From the NCBI GenBank assembly GCA_003971905.1, contig RSEE01000009.1:620001-684000 (forward strand): a stretch of DNA of 64,000 nucleotides, given 5' to 3'. The notes beneath the pieces are model-generated. The model was not told where the DNA came from, ran no database searches, and was given only the letters and a program-made list of their open reading frames with translations. The translations under genes were made by a program, and so were the position numbers. The DNA comes from Moniliella sp. 'wahieum'. Lineage: Eukaryota. Positions 62,201-64,000 of this stretch are shown piece by piece. Positions within the stretch are counted from its first letter, which is position 1; every line of letters starts with the position of its first letter.

Positions 62201-63923
62201 GATTCCTCCTCCATCGCCTCGGATGCTCTGACAGATGTAGTGGGAGCTGCCTCGGTGCACGGCCAAGGGCTTGGCTTTTGTGGTCCTGCGGGGGCATGGA
62301 AGCAATCACTTCTCATGAACTTGTGCAAGCCCGCGCCCCCCGCTCAGCCCCCGCGTTCTCGTTCTCGCTTGGGCCTGCGCCCACGCCCAGCCTCCGCGTT
62401 GGGGATCAGGGCCGAGAAGAACTTGGAAAACACGAGTTCGGACGCCAAGGCAGGCAAGGCGAAGCTGTCCTCTTTGGCAGGGCTACGCAAATACCGGAAC
62501 AAGGGACCTCCTCCGTCGGCATCAGCCGCAGTTGCTGCTGCTGCGGTAGGAACCCCCTCCGCTTCCATGTTTGCTGCAGCCACGGGCAATGTGGCACCAA
62601 CGGAGGCGTCTTCCGGACGCAAAATCGGACGTCGCCGGTCGTACTCCGCAGGGATCCTGGATATTGTTCGCCGCCCTGGGTCAGCAACTGGTTCTCGTCC
62701 CACCTCAACAGCGCAGCCGGGCGAAGAGGTGGCTGGCAACGCGTCTCGCCCGCCGTCGCGGTCGGGATCGCGTCTGTCTAAGGTCGCTTCCTTGGTTGGG
62801 TCTCGGCGACTGTCGCATGCCGCAAACCCCATCAGCTACCCCTCGGCCAATGTGGCGCACCCTGTCTCCGTCAGCTCCCATCTGGCGGCTTCGGCCGCCT
62901 CGCAGGCGGCGGCGTCCGTGCATTCTGGTCGGGATGCTTCGGCTGCCACCTCGGCCGTTATGGATCCGTTCCCTTCTTCGTCGGACTGCTTGCCTCATGA
63001 AGACGATTCTGGGGTCGCGTCGAGCCGGAGATGGTCCCAGCTGACGAACCGGAGACAGGGACAGGTTCGAGTTCGTCTCAGATCCATCTCTCTCCGCGGA
63101 AGCGGTCAGGGAACCTTCCCCCATCACCTGTCGGTAGACAGTTTCCTGGTGTCTACCCTCTTCCGAGCATGACCCACCCCGATTCGCCTACCGTCCCCAG
63201 CTCGCTCGCGATGGCCTCAAGCACAGAGCGTCGCCCCGATTCCCCGACGGCTATGGCGACGCCTACGCCTCTCAGTCCCGTGCCGTCGTCGCGCTTGGGT
63301 CTGCAGGAGTCTGCGGTCTAGCAACGGGTACAGCAGTGCGCTTGAACCCACCTATTCCCTCGAGCCTCGGAACCAGCCCTTGTCCTATTCGACGCGGTGC
63401 CCTACGGCCCGACCACATTACCAATGCCGCGTCCCTTGTTCCGCCGCCGGATACGCTGTCTGGGCTGTCGCCGCGCCCGCGCAAGTTGAACACCGCGGGC
63501 CAGTCAGCCACCAGCTCGCTGGAGAGCGCTGGTTCTTCGGGTGGCGCCTCGGTTTCGGAGTCGGTGCCATCTCAGGAACAGACGAGCCCAGCCGACCGTC
63601 CGAGAAGCACTCGTGCTTCCATTGGCTCGGCCCCGCTGCTGTTGTGGCGCCGCGTTGGCGAGCGAGGTGGCAGCCTGGTGAGTCCACCACCTCGTCCCGC
63701 CACGGCCCCCGCTCTTCCCCTACGAGGGGTACGGTCAGCACAACGACCAGGTGGAGGAGCTGACTCCTGCGGCGCTACGGTTGCTAGAGGAAGTGTCCTC
63801 AAAGATCGTAGTTCGAGTTTGGCCTCCAGCCTCGCTTCTGCCGCGCTGGCCCGTCCTGGCAGCCAAGCGTCCGACGGCTCCGTCAGCGTGGTCCTATGCC
63901 TTGCGGATGCACCACAGCCATGA
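59241..63923 (+). CDS. Very long Ser/Pro/Arg-rich hypothetical protein, fragmented, probably continuing past the window end; intron about 60704-60772
   Basis: Continuous chain of + strand ORF pieces from MASPAAMRDGK; clear intron signals (GTTCGT..TACTAAC..TAG); no domain recognised. Confidence 0.55.
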
Positions 63924-64000
63924 TGGCCTTCCGGCCGTCTCGTCGCCGCTTGCCTCGTCCGAATCACGCCGTAGTTTGTCAGGGAGCCAGTCACGCCCCC

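Overview
GC-rich eukaryotic (fungal) genomic DNA, most consistent with a basidiomycete, probably a smut-type fungus (inferred from short GT-AG introns with CTRAC branch points, intron-containing tRNAs and the gene content). About 20 protein-coding genes and two tRNA genes are visible: class II histone deacetylase, bHLH factor, tRNA-Gln(CUG), RPB8, Fmp52/TIP30-like, Ebp1/AF4-CHD-like, three-repeat Myb, cytochrome c, Pbs2 MAPKK, RGG+PIN protein, Rap1-like Myb protein, tRNA-Thr(AGU), delta-12 desaturase, Def1-like, DysF-domain protein, hexose transporter and a PKA-like kinase. Almost every gene, including cytochrome c, has single-base indels in homopolymer runs. These look like unpolished long-read errors, so many gene boundaries are approximate. 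The most notable observations are: (1) a protein apparently built of four tandem dynein-light-chain (LC8)-like domains (38.4-40.6 kb); (2) a PKA-catalytic-like pseudokinase with HRD->HGG, DFG->GFG and no glycine loop; (3) intergenic DNA full of 7-bp-period tandem repeats, each a different 6-bp palindrome plus one spacer base, along with dense short inverted repeats and a hairpin cluster at 57.3 kb. All homology calls are by eye; no database search was run.
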